DNA of 64,000 nt, taken from assembly GCA_964629815.1 (NCBI GenBank), contig CAZVTA010000001.1, forward strand, positions 118,357 to 182,356, given 5' to 3'. Under the pieces are notes generated by a model that saw only the letters and a program-made list of their open reading frames with translations, did no database searches and had not been told where the DNA came from. A program made the translations under genes and the position numbers. Source of the stretch: an uncultured Candidatus Saccharibacteria bacterium. GTDB taxonomy: Bacteria; Patescibacteriota; Saccharimonadia; Saccharimonadales; AWTP1-31. Shown here piece after piece: positions 60,800 through 64,000 of the stretch (its first letter is position 1; every line of letters starts with the position of its first letter).

Positions 60800-61960
60800 C
60801 TATATGTCGAGTAAGGCTTGTGCCTCAGCAATGAGCGTTGTTTCGTCTGAGGTTCTGATTGGCGTAGCAACGCGCGCGAGGGCCACTACGGTATTGTGCA
60901 GCTGAGCACGCTGCATAGCACGCTCCGATACGAGATCACCCAGAGCTAACCCAACTTTACCGCGTAGTAGTTCTATGGGGTCGCCTCGTGCATCGATCAG
61001 TGTAAGCTGCAATGCTTCTGTCTCGCGTGGCTGAAGGCGTTGTTTGACGCCATCGACGTGGTTGCGAATGTACGCTTTACCATTTGTTATATGACGTTTT
61101 AGCCTGCCATTAAATACTGCAATAAGGTGTTCTAGCTCGAGCAGTACCCCTTCCCTGATTGCGGTGCCGTCCATGGCTTTTTCGTCTTTTGACAATTGCT
61201 GTACGATGTCCTCGTATAGAACAGGTAATGCACGACCAAGCTCGACAGCAATACTGTAAGGTAATAATCCAGCATCGGTTGCAAGTCTGACTTCACAGGG
61301 TAAGTCGGCATAGTACAGCGCGCTTGTTAGATAGCCTGCGGTAATGCCATGTTTTCGTGCGAACTCTGCTTTACTTAATGGCTGGTTTGTATTTTCGGTG
61401 TGCCATCGATATGCCTCGGCATAACCACGAGCACTTCGTTCTACGGGTGGTTGCGAATGTATGTTCTCAGATATCTGCAACCCAAGAAAATCCTCAATAG
61501 AGTTTATGGGGCGAAGCTGGGTGTCTACAGGATAGCTATGAGGATCAATATCGTTATCGTTTGCAATAGTTTTGTGTGATAAAAGTCGCGAATGGCCCGC
61601 AACGACAACGATGAAGTGGTCCGGTGCATACGGCACGCATTCGTCCAGTCGTTTTTCCTCGCCCCATAGCCTGTTGGTGAAATCTATGTAAGAAGCGAGG
61701 TCGTCTTTGCATAGTATGGTAGCATCGATCGGGTTAAGCATGCCCTCGGCAAGTATACTGCCAGTAAGTGCTGCTTGCTGTCCGTTACGTTCACCTCTGT
61801 GCTGTGCAATGGTGTTGAGCACTGCGAGCGGAATAGGCTGAACCGGTATGAGCTCTTTGCATATGTCTGGCCTTTTCTCTACGATTGGTACTATTGGAAA
61901 ACGTTCCGATTCTAGCTCGGAATAGTCAGAACCAAATCCCTCAACAACTGTTAAAGCCAT
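60800..61960 (-). CDS. ParB/Srx-like N-terminal domain plus HTH protein
   Basis: SI..EGMLNPI, VVAGHSRL, QISENIH, then SKAEFARKHGIT...L...L..LP HTH; GGAGG SD. Confidence 0.7.
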   Translation of the reverse strand: MALTVVEGFGSDYSELESERFPIVPIVEKRPDICKELIPVQPIPLAVLNTIAQHRGERNGQQAALTGSILAEGMLNPIDATILCKDDLASYIDFTNRLWGEEKRLDECVPYAPDHFIVVVAGHSRLLSHKTIANDNDIDPHSYPVDTQLRPINSIEDFLGLQISENIHSQPPVERSARGYAEAYRWHTENTNQPLSKAEFARKHGITAGYLTSALYYADLPCEVRLATDAGLLPYSIAVELGRALPVLYEDIVQQLSKDEKAMDGTAIREGVLLELEHLIAVFNGRLKRHITNGKAYIRNHVDGVKQRLQPRETEALQLTLIDARGDPIELLRGKVGLALGDLVSERAMQRAQLHNTVVALARVATPIRTSDETTLIAEAQALLDI

Positions 61961-62073
61961 GCAACCTCCACGTTAGGGTTTATTCTATGACTATAGTGAG
62001 ACACTGTCTATTGTAAAAAACACGAAATAGTAGTCTTGCCATCATGTGTGCAAGATACTAACGGCATGAGTCA

Positions 62074-62661
62074 TTATTCCTGATAACTTTCTTTATCGTC
62101 ATTATCATAGATAACTTTAATCTTATTGATTTTCACATTCTTTAGTCCACTTGTCTCCAGCGTCTTGTAGCCTTGATCGGTGCAAAAGACTGTAAAATCA
62201 TTATCTTTACTACAGTCGATATCCTTCTCAAATTTATACTCTAAAACAATACTTCTATTTCCGTTTATGGTTTTAAAGTAGACGTCGTGATCTGAACTAC
62301 TCGTGTTGGTATAGCCATCGCCCGTGTAGCCTTGTGCTTTTAGGTTTGTCATCGTTTTGTTGTATAGATTTTCAAGAGTATCATTTACCTCTAGTTCTGC
62401 GATAGCAAGCGCATCAGACGCAGTAAGGCCATCGCCATCTGGACGAGCTGTTGAATCTAACTTATAGCCCTCTAAAATAGTGATCTTATTGAGATAATTC
62501 TTGTTGGAATATGCTTGAATCCACATATAAAACGGAAAAAGTGATGCGAAAAATAACAGAAAATATAGTATTGGTGCGATGGCTATCACTAATACCACGT
62601 CTCTTAGCAGGAGTTTTTTCCCGCTGTAATTATTTGTTTTTTTGTTTGCTAATAGCTTCAT
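62074..62661 (-). CDS. AT-rich membrane-anchored hypothetical protein
   Basis: TGCTATACT 6 nt before ATG; N-terminal TM; lies just beyond the tRNA-Gln site. Confidence 0.6.
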   Translation of the reverse strand: MKLLANKKTNNYSGKKLLLRDVVLVIAIAPILYFLLFFASLFPFYMWIQAYSNKNYLNKITILEGYKLDSTARPDGDGLTASDALAIAELEVNDTLENLYNKTMTNLKAQGYTGDGYTNTSSSDHDVYFKTINGNRSIVLEYKFEKDIDCSKDNDFTVFCTDQGYKTLETSGLKNVKINKIKVIYDNDDKESYQE

Positions 62662-62691
62662 ACAAAGAGTATAGCATTAATGCTTAGATCC

Positions 62692-62822
62692 GCTAGGGTG
62701 GAGGGATGAGCGCTTTGCTACTCCCTGCGGAGCTTTCTCGAAACGAGTTTCTGCGATAGCTCCTTGTGATCTAATCCCCTAATATGCTCACATTGTTCGC
62801 TATTCGTGGTTTCAGATCTCTC
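62692..62822 (-). repeat. fold-back tRNA-Gln T-arm mimic (inverted copy, loop, direct copy with 60-nt insert)
   Basis: Inverted copy 62802-62822 (16/21); degenerate direct 5' half 62768-62788; exact 16-nt 3' half 62692-62707; insert 62708-62767. Confidence 0.78.
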
Positions 62823-62827
62823 AACAA

Positions 62828-62863
62828 TTCAAAAAGCCGGGCCTGATGACCCGACTCTTTGAA
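62828..62863 (-). terminator. terminator downstream of tRNA-Gln
   Basis: TTCAAAGAGTCGGGTC..GGCCCGGCTTTTTGAA. Confidence 0.7.
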
Positions 62864-62938
62864 TGGCTAGGGTGGAGGGATTCGAACCCCCGAATGCTGG
62901 GACCAAAACCCAGTGCCTTACCACTTGGCGACACCCTA
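62864..62938 (-). tRNA. tRNA-Gln(TTG)
   Basis: TAGGGTG/CACCCTA acceptor, CTGGG-TTTTGGT-CCCAG, GGTTCGAATCC, CCA. Confidence 0.95.
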
Positions 62939-63032
62939 CTGTCGAAAGTTGTTTTGACTGGGGTGATTATAGCGTAAAAATGGTATTGTTTCAATTGCTA
63001 CATAAAAGTAGGTATACTTAAGCATATTAGAT

Positions 63033-64000
63033 ATGCGTGTAATCGAACACCAACGGATTTTGGAGCGGTATAACAAGCGAAAGATTAATCAGCGTTTGCT
63101 GCGTTGGAGTGCGGTCATAGTTGCACTGGCATTGATAAGCTTCGGTGTATTAAATACATTCTTGTACATGACGGTTGCAGATAGTGTCGTGCCCGACACT
63201 AAGCGTATTGCGTTTTCGACAGGTCAACCGCAATACGCATGGCCGGGGTACGGACAATCGGCTATCGGTGAACTTGAACAGGGTGTTATCGCGCAGCATG
63301 GTGATGGTCGCCCACGGCCGACAGCCAGTGTGGCTAAAGCAATGACGGCGCTTGCTATTGTTCGTAAAAAACCTTTGCAACCAAAGTCGCAGGGCGAGAC
63401 GTTGCAACTAACTACGGAGGACGTTGTATTTTACGATCAATATATTGCAAAGAATGGCGCAGTCGTAAGAGTAGCTAATGGCGAGAAAATTACGCAATAT
63501 CAGGGGCTTCAGGCAATGCTATTACCGTCGGCTAATAACATGGCAGATACTATGGCAACATGGGCATTTGGAAGTGTACAAAAATACACAGATTATGCCA
63601 ACACGCTCGCGGTCTCGCTGGGTATGAAGTCGACTACCATAGCAGATGCAAGTGGATTTTCTGAAAAGACTGTTAGTACTGCAAGTGATTTGGTTGTGTT
63701 AGCACAGGCGGTTCTTAAAGAGCCGGTGCTGGCCGAGATCATAAGTCAGTCCACCGCAACCATTCCGGTACATGGAACAATTAGGAACGTAAATAGCTAT
63801 TTGGGTGAAGATGGAATAAATGGCATCAAAACTGGCAACACTGATGCTGCAGGCGGCTGTTTCTTGGTGTCTGCGACTCGTAAGATGAGCGATGGATCAA
63901 CAAAAACACTGATAGCAGTCATTCTTGGTGCACCAACACGCCCACAAGCCATGAACGATAGTCTTCCCTTGCTCGACCAAGCACAAACAAGTTATAAAAA
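63033..64000 (+). CDS. D-alanyl-D-alanine carboxypeptidase (peptidase S11), 3' end outside window
   Basis: Manual translation: N-terminal TM, TASVAK (SxxK), PSANN (SxN), GIKTG. Confidence 0.9.
   Translation, partial: MRVIEHQRILERYNKRKINQRLLRWSAVIVALALISFGVLNTFLYMTVADSVVPDTKRIAFSTGQPQYAWPGYGQSAIGELEQGVIAQHGDGRPRPTASVAKAMTALAIVRKKPLQPKSQGETLQLTTEDVVFYDQYIAKNGAVVRVANGEKITQYQGLQAMLLPSANNMADTMATWAFGSVQKYTDYANTLAVSLGMKSTTIADASGFSEKTVSTASDLVVLAQAVLKEPVLAEIISQSTATIPVHGTIRNVNSYLGEDGINGIKTGNTDAAGGCFLVSATRKMSDGSTKTLIAVILGAPTRPQAMNDSLPLLDQAQTSYK

Overview
64-kb chromosomal window from a small-genome bacterium, most likely Patescibacteria/CPR (Saccharimonadia-like). This is inferred from gene content and style, not from a marker search. 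It holds housekeeping genes (gltX, lysS, xth, folD, metK with a SAM-I riboswitch, smpB, msrA, hsp20 with CIRCE, corA, an NRAMP, an ABC exporter, a UvrD-nuclease fusion, a DD-carboxypeptidase), a sortase with a candidate LAETG substrate, four tRNAs and many orphan ORFs. Highlights: (1) tRNA-Asn and tRNA-Gln are each followed by the same ~130-145-nt structure. It consists of an inverted degenerate copy of that tRNA's own T-arm, a short loop, and a direct copy of the T-arm/acceptor end split in the T-loop by a ~60-nt structured insert. As a single strand this could fold back into a double-stranded tRNA-3'-end mimic. At tRNA-Asn a second, decayed copy brackets an orphan gene, which suggests a tRNA-anchored gene-cassette capture system with fold-back att sites. 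(2) tRNA-Asn(GTT) is split at 35/36 by a 540-nt group I intron carrying an HNH ORF in loop L1. (3) The F1Fo ATP synthase operon is interleaved with six non-atp ORFs, one flavodoxin-like. It is followed by a zeta/CDCA-type carbonic anhydrase and an aquaporin that lacks the selectivity-filter Arg. (4) A DoxX / FAD-oxidase / NDH-2 operon. (5) Many genes have a -10 box 6-7 nt before the ATG, consistent with leaderless mRNAs. No CRISPR array, rRNA, integrase or IS transposase was seen.
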